Notes: generated by a model not told the origin, from the letters alone. 64,000 nucleotides of DNA from Candidatus Poribacteria bacterium (GCA_963665235.2 CAXXLX010000001.1:4224001-4288000), one strand, 5' to 3'. Counted from the stretch's first letter, positions 1 through 9,897 are shown. Numbers and translations are program-made.

Positions 1-138
1 GCAAACCTCCTATGTGAATTCCGTGAGATGCTAAAGCAGCGTATGGACACGCTTAACGACACCTTTGAAGCATGCACATGGTATCGGGATAATTGGACAG
101 AAGAGCGGGTGATTCTGCGTACCGCAACGCTTAGCTAG
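1..138 (+). CDS. C-terminal end of a gene entering from the left edge, probably a sulfatase
   Basis: Frame 1 is open to TAG at 136-138 and reads ...DTFEACTWYRDNWTEERVILRTATLS, which resembles sulfatase C-termini. Confidence 0.5.
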   Translation, partial: ANLLCEFREMLKQRMDTLNDTFEACTWYRDNWTEERVILRTATLS

Positions 139-244
139 CCTTTGTAGAGATACCACTTAGTTTTATCTCGGCTATAGGACGTTGGTTGTATCAACAAGTA
201 GGCCTGCGTCTTGGAGCCCTTGGCCGAGTTTTAGTTGCCAGTCA

Positions 245-1210
245 TTAATACCACATCGCCTTATCAACAACATTTTGTAGCGGTTTTCCCGCAGCGAACC
301 GTCGCGCATTTTCTAAGAAAATCTCAAACCGACGTTCTGCAATATTCTTCGCATCCTTAACAGCGATATGCGGTGTTATCAACACATTCGGCATTTGCCA
401 CAGCGGACTTTCGGCAGGCAACGGTTCAACTTCAAACACATCCAACCCACATCCCGCAATACTCCCCTGTTCTAGTGCCTCGACAAGGTCAGCAAGTTTT
501 GTCGTTTTGCCACGGCCGATATTGATAAAGTAAGCGGTTGGTTTCATCAGTGCGAATCGGTCTTTGTGCCACATGCCCTCCGTTTCAGGTGTGTGCGGGG
601 TCGTGACGATAACAAAGTCAGCGCGCGGCAGGAGTGTGTCTAATTCGGCAGGGGCATGTTTTTCAACGAAAGGCACTGCATGCTCCCATCTTGCGTCAAC
701 GCCGAGCACTGCCATGCCAAATTCGGCACAGAGCCGCGCGGTTTCATGTCCGATACCCCCTACGCCAACAATCAACGCAGTCGCCTGTTTGAGGTCAATA
801 TATTCACTTTTGCGAGCGTTATGGCTCCAGGTGCCTTCCCGTTGTGCATCCATATAGTAGGGCAAGCCGCGCGCCAGCGCGAGCACGAACATCATGATAT
901 GTTGTGCAATATGGTCGTTGTAAATACCCCGTGGGTTGCAAACGACCACGGGATGTTCAACAAGGGCAGGATAATAATAGCCGGGGAAGGGGCCAGCGGC
1001 GGGATTTTGTAACCAACGTAGGTTTTTCGCTAACGGCAATTGTTCAGGAGACACCCACCCGTAGACCGCCTCTGCATCGGGGAGATGTACGTTCACCTCT
1101 TCATCTGTCTTCGGTAAAACGACGGTATATTCGGGCAATTCGTTTTGAAGACGTTCAGCCCATGTCTGTGATTCCGAGTTCTGCGGGGGCATTATAATAA
1201 GTTTCGGCAT
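245..1210 (-). CDS. D-2-hydroxyacid dehydrogenase (NAD-binding)
   Basis: GVGGIG Rossmann motif, INIGRG, LDVFEVEP and ITPHIA catalytic motifs. Confidence 0.92.
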   Translation of the reverse strand: MPKLIIMPPQNSESQTWAERLQNELPEYTVVLPKTDEEVNVHLPDAEAVYGWVSPEQLPLAKNLRWLQNPAAGPFPGYYYPALVEHPVVVCNPRGIYNDHIAQHIMMFVLALARGLPYYMDAQREGTWSHNARKSEYIDLKQATALIVGVGGIGHETARLCAEFGMAVLGVDARWEHAVPFVEKHAPAELDTLLPRADFVIVTTPHTPETEGMWHKDRFALMKPTAYFINIGRGKTTKLADLVEALEQGSIAGCGLDVFEVEPLPAESPLWQMPNVLITPHIAVKDAKNIAERRFEIFLENARRFAAGKPLQNVVDKAMWY

Positions 1211-1309
1211 GATTTCCGTTCCTCTCTGTTGCTTTTACGGTTTAAGATATGCCTATTTTAGCATAGCAGCATCAGAGGTGCAAGGTTTTTTTGGGGTTTG
1301 AAAAATTTG

Positions 1310-1339
1310 TTGACAATTATTATTGTTTAACGCTATAAT
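1310..1339 (+). promoter_or_regulatory. Consensus sigma70 promoter for the helicase operon
   Basis: TTGACA (1310-1315), 18-nt spacer, TATAAT (1334-1339); AGGAGG precedes ATG 1389. Confidence 0.75.
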
Positions 1340-1388
1340 TTCATCTATGCAGTTGAAAACCCTTACCCATGGTTATAGGAGGCTTGAA

Positions 1389-1583
1389 ATGAATATCCAA
1401 ACGATACTAAATCAAAAGATGGAAGAACTCCGTCCCCGGGCCCCGGAACTTCACGCCCTTTTGGATAAAATTCTTAAAAACAGAGCGGGTCAGGGCGATT
1501 ACACTATTGACCGGCACAAACTACCTGAACAGGATATTGAGGCGATTCTCAAAGAAATTCAACAAGCACAGAACCCGGAATAG
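1389..1583 (+). CDS. Small hypothetical protein, first gene of the XPB-Bax1 operon
   Basis: Strong Shine-Dalgarno; 3-bp gap to the helicase gene. Confidence 0.6.
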   Translation: MNIQTILNQKMEELRPRAPELHALLDKILKNRAGQGDYTIDRHKLPEQDIEAILKEIQQAQNPE

Positions 1584-1586
1584 AGA

Positions 1587-2975
1587 ATGGAAGTTATGGA
1601 AACGCCCCTAAAACTCAACTTTGATAAAGGCACCCTCACCCTACAGAACGTCCCAGAGGCACTGCAAACACAACTGGTACATATCCGCTGGGACGAGCGT
1701 ACCCTCACTTTTCGCGCACCTGCCTATCACTATCGCCACATTGTTTCGCAGCTGCGGGCACACGACATCCCGTATCAGGACACCGCCCGACAGTTCACAG
1801 TGGAATCCTTCACAAACCAAAAAGATGTAACCCCTTATCCGTACCAAACTGAGGCGATTGATGCTTGGCACGCCAACGGGAAGCGTGGCGTTATTAGTCT
1901 ACCGACAGGTGCTGGCAAAACACTCATCGCGATTATGCTAATTGCGGATACACAACGGCCTACGCTTGTGCATGTGCCAACGTTGGATTTAATGCACCAG
2001 TGGTATGACGTACTCACAGAACACTTCAATCAAAAGGTGGGTTTGTATGGGGGCGGGTATCACGAATTGGAGCCGCTTACCGTGACGACGTATCAATCCG
2101 CGGTGATGCATACACCGTATTACGGCAATCGGTTCGGTTTCGCTATTTTTGATGAGTGTCACCATCTGCCGGGGGAGCAGTATCAATACGCGGCCCTCAG
2201 CAGTATTGCCCCGTTCCGTTTGGGTTTGACAGCTACACCTGAACGCGTTGATGGTAAAGAGACGCGGCTCTATTCCCTCGTCGGTGAACGTTGTTATGAG
2301 GCGAAGGTGCAAGACCTTTCTGGGAAAACGTTGTCGCCATATCGTGTTGTCACGATAGCGGTTGAGATGGAGGACACGGAGCGGGTTCGGTACGAGGAGG
2401 CGCGTAGCATCTACCTGAATTTTCTAAAGCAGGAGAAGATTAATATGGGAAGTCCACGCGGGTGGCAAACATTTCTCTGGAAAACGTCCCGCTCCGAAGC
2501 GGGACGCGCGGCTTTCAAAGCATATCTCACCCAAAAACGTCTCAGTTTTGCCTCCACCACAAAACAGGAGTGGGTGTGGAAACTCATACAGCGGCATCGC
2601 GGGGACCGGATTCTCATTTTTACGCAGGATAACGACACGGCGTATCAACTCGGAACGCGTTTCTTTTTGCCTGTCCTAACGCACCAGACGAAACTGAAGG
2701 AACGGAACGCTTTTCTGAACAACTTTCGCGATGGCACCTATTCTATCCTAGTCACCTCCAAAGTGCTGAACGAAGGTGTGGATGTACCGGAGGCGAACGT
2801 TGCCATTATTGTTTCTGGGAGTGGCAGTGTACGGGAGCATGTGCAACGGCTTGGACGTATTCTCCGTAAGCGGGAAGGCAAACAGGCAGTGCTCTACGAG
2901 CTCATCTCTAAACAGACCGGCGAACATTTTGTTAACAAACGGCGGAGACAACACCACGCTTACCAACCGAGGTAG
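1587..2975 (+). CDS. XPB/Rad25-like superfamily II DEAH helicase
   Basis: LPTGAGKT, DECHH, GLTATPER, QRLGRILR motifs. Confidence 0.9.
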   Translation: MEVMETPLKLNFDKGTLTLQNVPEALQTQLVHIRWDERTLTFRAPAYHYRHIVSQLRAHDIPYQDTARQFTVESFTNQKDVTPYPYQTEAIDAWHANGKRGVISLPTGAGKTLIAIMLIADTQRPTLVHVPTLDLMHQWYDVLTEHFNQKVGLYGGGYHELEPLTVTTYQSAVMHTPYYGNRFGFAIFDECHHLPGEQYQYAALSSIAPFRLGLTATPERVDGKETRLYSLVGERCYEAKVQDLSGKTLSPYRVVTIAVEMEDTERVRYEEARSIYLNFLKQEKINMGSPRGWQTFLWKTSRSEAGRAAFKAYLTQKRLSFASTTKQEWVWKLIQRHRGDRILIFTQDNDTAYQLGTRFFLPVLTHQTKLKERNAFLNNFRDGTYSILVTSKVLNEGVDVPEANVAIIVSGSGSVREHVQRLGRILRKREGKQAVLYELISKQTGEHFVNKRRRQHHAYQPR

Positions 2976-2986
2976 GAGACAAAACG

Positions 2987-4219
2987 ATGCTCACCAAAAA
3001 CCTGCTCCGATACAAAATTCAGAGTGGGCACATCGTACCCCAATTTGTCAATCCATCAGATAGCGAACTGTTGGCAATCGCTGAGCAATTAATCGCGGTT
3101 TTTGAGGAATCTCCAAATCAGCAGCGGGCGGCGGTTTTGCAATCCAGCAAGCAAATTATTGATGCTACCCCGGGGGTACTTGTAGTCAAACGTGGGCTTG
3201 AAAAACTTCTATTGGACCGGACCGAGTTTGATACCGCGCCCAACGAGGAGTTGATTGCATTTCGGCAAAAACTCTTTACAGAGACAAGTCGCTTGCTTTC
3301 GCACGAACCGTTTCCGAGCTATGATGATTATCAGCAACGCGTGCAAGCGACGTTTGATGAAACGGACCTTGGGGCGAAACTCTACGCCGATTTACCAAGT
3401 TGCCAACCGGTTGTCGCATTTAAAACGGTCTCTGCTGAACGTTTACTGCACCGCTATAACGCCGCGCAGGTGCAAGGATTGCTTCTCCACTGTAACACGC
3501 TCACGCTCACGCTTGCCGATTCCATGACGGCTGAACTGCGGCAGCTGTTCAAATATCTGAGATTCAACCAACTCCTCTCTACAATTCGGAAGGAAGCGGA
3601 GGCGCGGTATCAGATTACAGTGGATGGTCCACTTAACCTCTTTTACAAAACGAAGCGGTACGGCATGAATCTGGCGAATTTTTTCATGGCGGTGCTGCAT
3701 CAACCGAAGTGGGAACTGACTGCCGAAATTCAGTTTCGGAATTCGCGCTCCTATAGATTGTGTCTTGATGAATCGTGCGGTATCGCGCCTATTTCGCAAC
3801 AATTTCTCGCCTATATCCCCGAGGATATCCAACTTTTTCAGGCGATGCTCCGCAATAAGACAGATGAATGGGACATCAGTCCGGGTAGCCATTTCCTCCC
3901 TTTAGTCGGTGAACTTTACTGTTTTCCTGATTATATCCTCACTCACAAAAGCGGTGTTAAAACGGCGATTGAGCTATTTCATCCGTGGCATCAAGGGCAT
4001 CTGATTGCGCGGCTCAACACGTTGGCTGAACAGAGCGATGTATCTCTTATCCTCGGTGTTTCAGGGGAATTGAAAAAAAAGCCGCCTATCGCCGAGGCAC
4101 TCGCAGCATCGACGTATTTCTCACAGTTCGGTTTTACCTTCCGGGATGTTCCAACGATGCGTGCGCTCCTTCCGATTTTGAATTCGCTCGTTCCCGCTGA
4201 AAGTGGGAACGATAATTGA
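2987..4219 (+). CDS. DUF790 / Bax1-like endonuclease
   Basis: MLTKNLL start, LLHRYNAAQVQGLL, DGPLNLF..KRYG, FPDY..IE nuclease-like motif; directly follows the XPB gene. Confidence 0.82.
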   Translation: MLTKNLLRYKIQSGHIVPQFVNPSDSELLAIAEQLIAVFEESPNQQRAAVLQSSKQIIDATPGVLVVKRGLEKLLLDRTEFDTAPNEELIAFRQKLFTETSRLLSHEPFPSYDDYQQRVQATFDETDLGAKLYADLPSCQPVVAFKTVSAERLLHRYNAAQVQGLLLHCNTLTLTLADSMTAELRQLFKYLRFNQLLSTIRKEAEARYQITVDGPLNLFYKTKRYGMNLANFFMAVLHQPKWELTAEIQFRNSRSYRLCLDESCGIAPISQQFLAYIPEDIQLFQAMLRNKTDEWDISPGSHFLPLVGELYCFPDYILTHKSGVKTAIELFHPWHQGHLIARLNTLAEQSDVSLILGVSGELKKKPPIAEALAASTYFSQFGFTFRDVPTMRALLPILNSLVPAESGNDN

Positions 4220-4440
4220 ATGCTAATGTGGGACTGACAACCGGCAAGAGTGTGTAAAGTTTTTGTACTATGATAAATGGAAGGATGGAAGGATGGAAGA
4301 GGGGAAGGGTGGAAGCGTGGATTTCGCGGATTGTCCGAGGTGTGGGCATCAAGGTTTTGTGATTAAGTTGCGTTTTTTGTCAGAATCGCGGATTACACAG
4401 AGAACACAGAGAACGCGGAAAAAGAGGGGTTTGGGTAAAA

Positions 4441-4520
4441 TCTATAAACATATCGCCCCGATGGGGCTAGTTTGTGTGTTTTTTGGGTTTTCTATAAACA
4501 TATCGCCCCGATGGGGCTAA
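4441..4520. repeat. Two copies of a REP-like palindrome TCTATAAACATATCGCCCCGATGGGGCTA
   Basis: Direct repeat; related copies at about 55868-55898 and 56915-56992. Confidence 0.8.
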
Positions 4521-4553
4521 GAGCTTACTGTTACCCCCAAGTTGCGTTAAGGG

Positions 4554-4918
4554 GGTCGCGTGCACAGCACGCTCCTACAGAAGAGCGGGCATGGGCTGGC
4601 GGATGGGGCGGGAATTGCCAGGTCGCGTGCACAGCACGCTCCTACAGAAGAGCGGGCATGGGCTGGCGGATGGGGCGGGAATTGCCAGGTCGCGTGCACA
4701 GCACGCTCCTACAGAAGAGCGGGCATGGGCTGGCGGATGGGGCGGGAATTGCCAGGTCGCGTGCACAGCACGCTCCTACAGAAGACGGGCATGGGCTGGC
4801 GGATGGGGCGGGAATTGCCAGGTCGCGTGCACAGCACGCTCCTACAGAAGAGCGGGCATGGGCTGGCGGATGGGGCGGGAATTGCCAGGTCGCGTGCACA
4901 GCACGCTCCTACAGAAGA
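4554..4918. repeat. 67-bp tandem repeat, 5 full copies plus a partial one, each carrying a GTAG-type REP hairpin
   Basis: Units start at 4554, 4621, 4688, 4755, 4821, 4888; the minus strand reads GTAGGAGCGTGCTGTGCACGCGA. Confidence 0.92.
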
Positions 4919-5017
4919 CATCGGACTGTTTGTACAAAAACTTTACGCACCCACCGGCAATTAAGTCTTGACTTTACCTATACGGTTGTGATACAATGAA
5001 TACAGAAAGGAGAAAAA

Positions 5018-6106
5018 ATGAGACGTTTTGAGACCCGAGGCCCCGTAGATGCGCAGAAAAATTATATCGTCTCACGGACTGAAGAGACGGCTGATTTCAT
5101 CAACCGTGTCAAAGCGAGACGGTACGTCGTCATTTTCGCCCCACGACAAACAGGCAAAACTACCTTTTTCAGAACCGCCTTAGATAAGCTTACAACCGAA
5201 GAGCACACCTACTTTCCACTTCAATTGAATTTTGATACCTACGCTGAGCTCTCTATTCCCGAGTTTTACGGCGGACTATTCGAAGACATTCGCGAAGAAA
5301 TTGAGACGGTTTTTGAGCAGCGCGGCAGCACGCCTTCCGAGACGTTGATGGAAATGTTGGATACCACCGAACTAACGAACGCTTTGTCACTGAGACAGTT
5401 CTTTAGCAAATTTGTGAGATTGCTAAACGTCCAACACATCGAGCAGAGGGTTATCCTTATCATAGATGAGTTTGATGGTATCCCCCAAGAAGCTGTGAGC
5501 GGTTTTCTAAATGCGTTACGCCACATCTACCTGAATACCAAAAACCGATGTATTCACAGTATCGGTATCGTCGGGGTCAAGAGCATCACACAGCTGAATT
5601 ACGACCGTTCTATCTCCCCCTTCAATATTCAAGACGATTTCGACCTGCCCAACTTCACACTTGAACAGGTGCAGGAACTGCTATCACAGTATACGGAGGA
5701 AACCGGACAGCCCTTCGCACAAGAGGTTATTGAGATGCTGCATCGGCAGACAGGTGGACAACCCTTCCTTGTCAATAGGTTCGCACAAATTCTCACAGAG
5801 GACTTGGATATTCCGAAAACCGAGACAATCCACACGGAACACTTTTTAACCGCGCACACACATATTATTCAAGAACGAAATGTCAACATTGAACATCTCA
5901 TTACCAATATCCGAAGAGACCCACGTTTTAAAAATATTCTCATGAAGATTGCCACTTATGAGAGCCGCGTCCGTTTCAATCCAGACAATCCCCTCATCAA
6001 CGAACTTACTACTTATGGGGTTATCAAAAAAGGTGCTGCTGGAAGATGTGAAATTGCCAATCCGATTTACCAGCAACGTATCCTGCAAGCATTCACCTCC
6101 CGGTAA
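5018..6106 (+). CDS. AAA-like ATPase (AAA_35-type), C-terminally truncated
   Basis: FAPRQTGKTT Walker A, LIIDEFD Walker B; near 6100 the sequence continues in another frame as PVNGLEQQYY, suggesting a frameshift and loss of the C-terminal domain. Confidence 0.75.
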   Translation: MRRFETRGPVDAQKNYIVSRTEETADFINRVKARRYVVIFAPRQTGKTTFFRTALDKLTTEEHTYFPLQLNFDTYAELSIPEFYGGLFEDIREEIETVFEQRGSTPSETLMEMLDTTELTNALSLRQFFSKFVRLLNVQHIEQRVILIIDEFDGIPQEAVSGFLNALRHIYLNTKNRCIHSIGIVGVKSITQLNYDRSISPFNIQDDFDLPNFTLEQVQELLSQYTEETGQPFAQEVIEMLHRQTGGQPFLVNRFAQILTEDLDIPKTETIHTEHFLTAHTHIIQERNVNIEHLITNIRRDPRFKNILMKIATYESRVRFNPDNPLINELTTYGVIKKGAAGRCEIANPIYQQRILQAFTSR

Positions 6107-6133
6107 ACGGACTCGAACAGCAATATTACAAAA

Positions 6134-6162
6134 TTGCCTTTTTCAAAAAATAGTTGTATAAT
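6134..6162 (+). promoter_or_regulatory. Sigma70 promoter of argG, probably giving a leaderless mRNA
   Basis: TTGCCT, 17-nt spacer, TATAAT; ATG starts 7 nt after the -10 box; no Shine-Dalgarno. Confidence 0.6.
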
Positions 6163-6168
6163 TTAATT

Positions 6169-7407
6169 ATGAATATTCATCAATTAATAGGAAAAACTGT
6201 CGGGGCTGCCGTTTCAGGCGGGCTCGATAGCTGCACAATTACCAAATGGTTAGTCGATAAAGGGGTCAACGTTGTCTGCTTTACAGCTGACCTCGGACAA
6301 CCGGACGAACGAAACGTCGAAGAAATTCGGGAACGCATGCTGGCATGTGGCGCGCAAGAGGCGGTCATTGTAGATGCAAAAGATGCCTTGGCGGCGGAAG
6401 GCCTCCGGCTCATTCAGTGTCAAGCGATGTATGAAGGGGGGTATTGGAACACAACAGGCATCGCTCGACACGTTACGGTAAAAGCACTGCTGCCGGAGAT
6501 GGAAAAACGGGGTATCACTATTCTGACGCACGGGGCAACAGGACGCGGGAACGACCAGGTCCGTTTTCAACTTGCAACCAATATGCTTTCCCCACACTTC
6601 TCTGTTTATGCGCCGTGGCGAGACGGTGAATTCCTGAAACAGTTCGGCGGCAGAAAAGAGATGATAGATTTCTGCCAAGCACACAGCTTACCGATTACTG
6701 CAACACATGAAAAACCCTACTCAACCGATGCGAATTTGTTGGGATTGACGCATGAAGCGGGTAAGTTGGAATCCCTAAAAACGCCGGCTGACTTTATTAC
6801 GCCGGGAATGGGGGTGCATCCGAAAGACGCGCCGGATGATATAGAACACTTCACCGTAACTTATGCGCGAGGCATACCTGTCGAGGTGAATGGAAGCCCT
6901 TGCACACCGCTTATGAGTTTGCTCGAAGCCAATCGAATTGCGGGGCGGCACGGTGTAGGCATCGGCATTCACACTGTTGAAAACCGGTTTGTCGGGATTA
7001 AAAGCCGAGGCGTTTATGAGTCGCCAGGGATGGAATTGTTAGGGCAGTGTTACGAATATCTGCTCCAACTGATTTTAGACCGCCGGGCGCGGCGGCATTT
7101 CGAAAGTGTAGCGGACACAGTTGCAGAACAGATCTATCAGGGTTACTACTTTGATGCTGCCACACAGGCACTGCTCGCTTCAATTGAACCGTTGACACAT
7201 TTGGCAAGCGGGACTATCACGGTAGCACTCTATAAGGGAAATGTAGCGTTTCACGCTGCGAGCGGTGTTCCGCATTCACTCTACTCCGAGGAGACCGCGT
7301 CTATGGAGGCAATTGGCGATTTCGACCACGCCGATTCGGAAGGTTTTCTGGCAGTGCTTGGGGTTGGGGCACGCGCATCGGCTATTGCAGGGCAGACATC
7401 AGAGTAG
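6169..7407 (+). CDS. argG: Argininosuccinate synthase
   Basis: SGGLDS, HGATGRGNDQVRF, YSTDANL, ENRFVGIKSRGVYE motifs. Confidence 0.96.
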   Translation: MNIHQLIGKTVGAAVSGGLDSCTITKWLVDKGVNVVCFTADLGQPDERNVEEIRERMLACGAQEAVIVDAKDALAAEGLRLIQCQAMYEGGYWNTTGIARHVTVKALLPEMEKRGITILTHGATGRGNDQVRFQLATNMLSPHFSVYAPWRDGEFLKQFGGRKEMIDFCQAHSLPITATHEKPYSTDANLLGLTHEAGKLESLKTPADFITPGMGVHPKDAPDDIEHFTVTYARGIPVEVNGSPCTPLMSLLEANRIAGRHGVGIGIHTVENRFVGIKSRGVYESPGMELLGQCYEYLLQLILDRRARRHFESVADTVAEQIYQGYYFDAATQALLASIEPLTHLASGTITVALYKGNVAFHAASGVPHSLYSEETASMEAIGDFDHADSEGFLAVLGVGARASAIAGQTSE

Positions 7408-7449
7408 CCGCTCCACGTTTTGACGTTTTTCCGCAATGTCCGTTTGGCT

Positions 7450-7526
7450 GATGTAAAGGGGTGTATTGCGCTCGGGATTCCGGCCCCGAGAGTAAACGGA
7501 GGATAACACAATACTTCGGCCCGCAC
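7450..7526 (-). ncRNA. Second Y-RNA-like element (YrlB/Yrn1-like), possibly degenerate at the 3' end
   Basis: Minus strand GCGGGCCGAAGTATTGTGTTATC; GTATTGTG pairs with CGCAATAC; internal hairpin CTCGGG/CCCGAG; basal stem is poor. Confidence 0.55.
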
Positions 7527-7533
7527 AAATGCG

Positions 7534-7676
7534 ACTCTGGATAAGGATTGGAATGCATTTTGATTTGCTCTTCCACTGAGCTACAGTAGGCTTCACATGA
7601 CACATGCTCAGACTGCTGGCAGGGCTCGAACCTGCGACCTAATCATTATTGATAACACACTCTCTCGACCCAGAGT
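7534..7676 (-). ncRNA. yrlA: YrlA-type tRNA-like bacterial Y RNA
   Basis: Terminal stem ACTCTGG/CCAGAGT; bulged-C helix GT(C)GAG/CTTAT; stem GAGTGTGTT/AATGCATTC; then T arm GCAGGTTCGAGCCCTGC, a looped acceptor-like stem and D arm TAGCTCAGTGGAAGAGC in permuted order. Confidence 0.82.
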
Positions 7677-7751
7677 TTAAGTTCGGCTACAAATCAGAAG
7701 AGGCTGCCGAGATTCCTCAGGCAGCCTCCATCCCATTATGACTAGTTATAT

Positions 7752-7781
7752 ATTGTAACACATTTCTAGGCTGGTTGTCAA
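7752..7781 (-). promoter_or_regulatory. Sigma70 promoter upstream of the Y RNA pair
   Basis: Minus strand TTGACA, 18-nt spacer, TACAAT with extended -10 TG; no convincing ORF downstream. Confidence 0.72.
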
Positions 7782-7848
7782 ATTAAAATTTTGGGGTTTT
7801 CTGTCCCTCAAAATTTCCGCCATGGTAGGAGGCATTCTCGACATGCCT

Positions 7849-8049
7849 TCATTCATCTTTTTCATACGGATCGGTTTTCGTCAGTTCCCCATTTGGCAGT
7901 TCGTAGTAGATGTGCCCATTAAAAGAGTAGACGTTGGGAATTCCCTTTTTGCGATTCTCTTCCTGTGCTTTTCTGACAGCCCGATTGGCAATCTTTTGCA
8001 TCTCATGTGCCCATTTGTAGATTTCAGGGCTTAGTTTATCTTGACCCAT
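7849..8049 (-). CDS. Small partner protein of the zeta-like ATPase
   Basis: Overlaps the stop codon of the ATPase; ANRAVRKAQEENRKKGIPNVYS.NG.I.YELPNG pattern. Confidence 0.75.
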   Translation of the reverse strand: MGQDKLSPEIYKWAHEMQKIANRAVRKAQEENRKKGIPNVYSFNGHIYYELPNGELTKTDPYEKDE

Positions 8050-8633
8050 TATGTACCTCCATTGCTAACGTCTCGTATAAACAGTTCAAAGAACTCTCTA
8101 TCTGTGACAGTGAATTGATCCCCCTTACCAAAGGCGACCTCCTGGGCATGTTCCCCAGAATTGTAGTACAAACTCCAATGGTCCACCTGATTTTTGTAGG
8201 TGTGCCAGAAGTTGCGTTTGCTACGATAAAATCGACGGACAATGTCCTCCGTTGGTACATGGTGTCCGCCGCCTCTCACTCGATTTTGCACACGTTTGAT
8301 GCACATCTCAGGGGATTTGAGAAAGATAAAGACAATTGTAACTGTCCATCCAGCATCTTGCAATTGATGGATTATCCGCTCAAACCCTTTTCCTGATAGG
8401 GTGACTTCGACAGCAAAATCCTTCTCCGCTTCGATGAGTCGGTAGAGCTCGTCGAAAAATAGGCGGCCTGCTTGAATTTTAACTTTGTCAAAGTCCGCTG
8501 TCGTGGTGGCCAGTTTTTCTGCGATAAAGTCGGCACTAATGTATTCTGCCGCCGAATCACGGAGATATTCAGACGCGAACGTTGTTTTACCCGCCCCGTT
8601 TGGACCGGCGATGATTGTTACATTTTTTGGCAC
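8049..8633 (-). CDS. Zeta-toxin-like / COG4185 P-loop ATPase
   Basis: IIAGPNGAGKTT, RVQNRVRGGGHHVP. Confidence 0.85.
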   Translation of the reverse strand: MPKNVTIIAGPNGAGKTTFASEYLRDSAAEYISADFIAEKLATTTADFDKVKIQAGRLFFDELYRLIEAEKDFAVEVTLSGKGFERIIHQLQDAGWTVTIVFIFLKSPEMCIKRVQNRVRGGGHHVPTEDIVRRFYRSKRNFWHTYKNQVDHWSLYYNSGEHAQEVAFGKGDQFTVTDREFFELFIRDVSNGGT

Positions 8634-8866
8634 GGTTAGTCCTTTCTATTTTCTAATAGCGGTTTTCAGAACACGTATCACCAGATTCCCGGTAGCCTAT
8701 AATAGTATACCACAGAAACAGAAATTATGCAGGGGGTGTGTCTGGATTTGTTTTTTCGTTGACCCTTTTTCTCAAAAACGTTATAATTTCTAATCAAAAG
8801 AGGTGACAGTTCTGCTGTTTCGTAAAACCTACTTTCTAATTATGCTACGAAGGAGACTATAGATAT

Positions 8867-9886
8867 ATGGACAAAATTAGAGTTGCGTTTATCGGTTGTG
8901 GGGGGATGTCTTCACAGCTGCAACAGTGCATTCCAATGGTGCCGGCGTTCGAATTTGTTTCCACTTGCGACCTTGTTGAAGAGAAAGCACGGTCAAATGC
9001 TCGAAGGTTCGGCGCACTCCGCCATTACACCGATTACGATGAGATGCTGAAAACGGAAGACCTCCACGCTGTCGCTGTTGTGGGCAGACCGGAGGATAAA
9101 CTGCATCGGGACATCGGTATTGAATGCCTGCAACGGGGGTATCATATCTATACCGAAAAACCGCCAGCAACAACCGCTGAAGGGGCGAAAATGTTAGTTG
9201 ATGCCTCAGTTGAGACTGGCAAAACGGGGATGGTCGGCACAATGTGGCGACATGCACCCGCACATCAGATGGCGAAACGGTTGATGAACGAGGACGATTT
9301 TGGCACGGCATGCCAATATCATACGCGTTATCTTGCACCGGGACCACGGCTTCAGGCAGCAGGCTCACCGTACGCGTGGCCCTTCATGCTCGATCAGGTG
9401 ATTCATCCGACCGACTGCATGCGTTTTTTCATGGGGCAGGTCAGCCAAGTGTTCGCAATCGGTGAAATTGATGGCGCGTCAAGCACCGTGTCGATGTCTG
9501 TCAATCTCCGTTATGAAAACGGCGGTATCGGTACAATGACACTCGGTACTGGGCCTGTTCTGGAGGCGATGGTTTTTATCAAAGGCACGAACAATCAAGC
9601 GATTCAAGTGTTTGAAACGCGGAAGCTGCGGCGGTATCGGGTGCCGACCTGGCTCGGCAGCGGTGGCGGATATGCGGATACACCGACCGAAGAGTGGACT
9701 CTCAACACGGCATATCACGGTATCGGCAGACCTGGGTATCTTGAAGAGATGCAGCATTGGGCACAGTCGTTGCAAGCCGAAACACAACCGCATTCAAGCC
9801 TTGAGGATGCGTATCAGAACATGCGCGTTTTGGAAGCAATTAGCCGTAGCATTGAGACTGGCGAGATTGTTCAAATATCAGTTTAA
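8867..9886 (+). CDS. Gfo/Idh/MocA family oxidoreductase
   Basis: FIGCGG, EKP motif, DQVIH. Confidence 0.9.
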   Translation: MDKIRVAFIGCGGMSSQLQQCIPMVPAFEFVSTCDLVEEKARSNARRFGALRHYTDYDEMLKTEDLHAVAVVGRPEDKLHRDIGIECLQRGYHIYTEKPPATTAEGAKMLVDASVETGKTGMVGTMWRHAPAHQMAKRLMNEDDFGTACQYHTRYLAPGPRLQAAGSPYAWPFMLDQVIHPTDCMRFFMGQVSQVFAIGEIDGASSTVSMSVNLRYENGGIGTMTLGTGPVLEAMVFIKGTNNQAIQVFETRKLRRYRVPTWLGSGGGYADTPTEEWTLNTAYHGIGRPGYLEEMQHWAQSLQAETQPHSSLEDAYQNMRVLEAISRSIETGEIVQISV

Positions 9887-9897
9887 AGGAAACCTTC

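Noticed and set aside
4554-4918. CRISPR array
   Set aside because: The units are essentially identical throughout, with no unique spacers, and there are no cas genes
4263-4999. Repetitive ORFs in several frames
   Set aside because: Artefacts of translating the 67-bp repeat and neighbouring REPs
7560-7650. Canonical tRNA gene, tRNA attachment-site remnant or two-piece tmRNA
   Set aside because: The halves are in permuted order, there is no anticodon loop, no CCA and no G3-U70 alanine identity, the D stem is paired, and the flanks form a Y RNA stem
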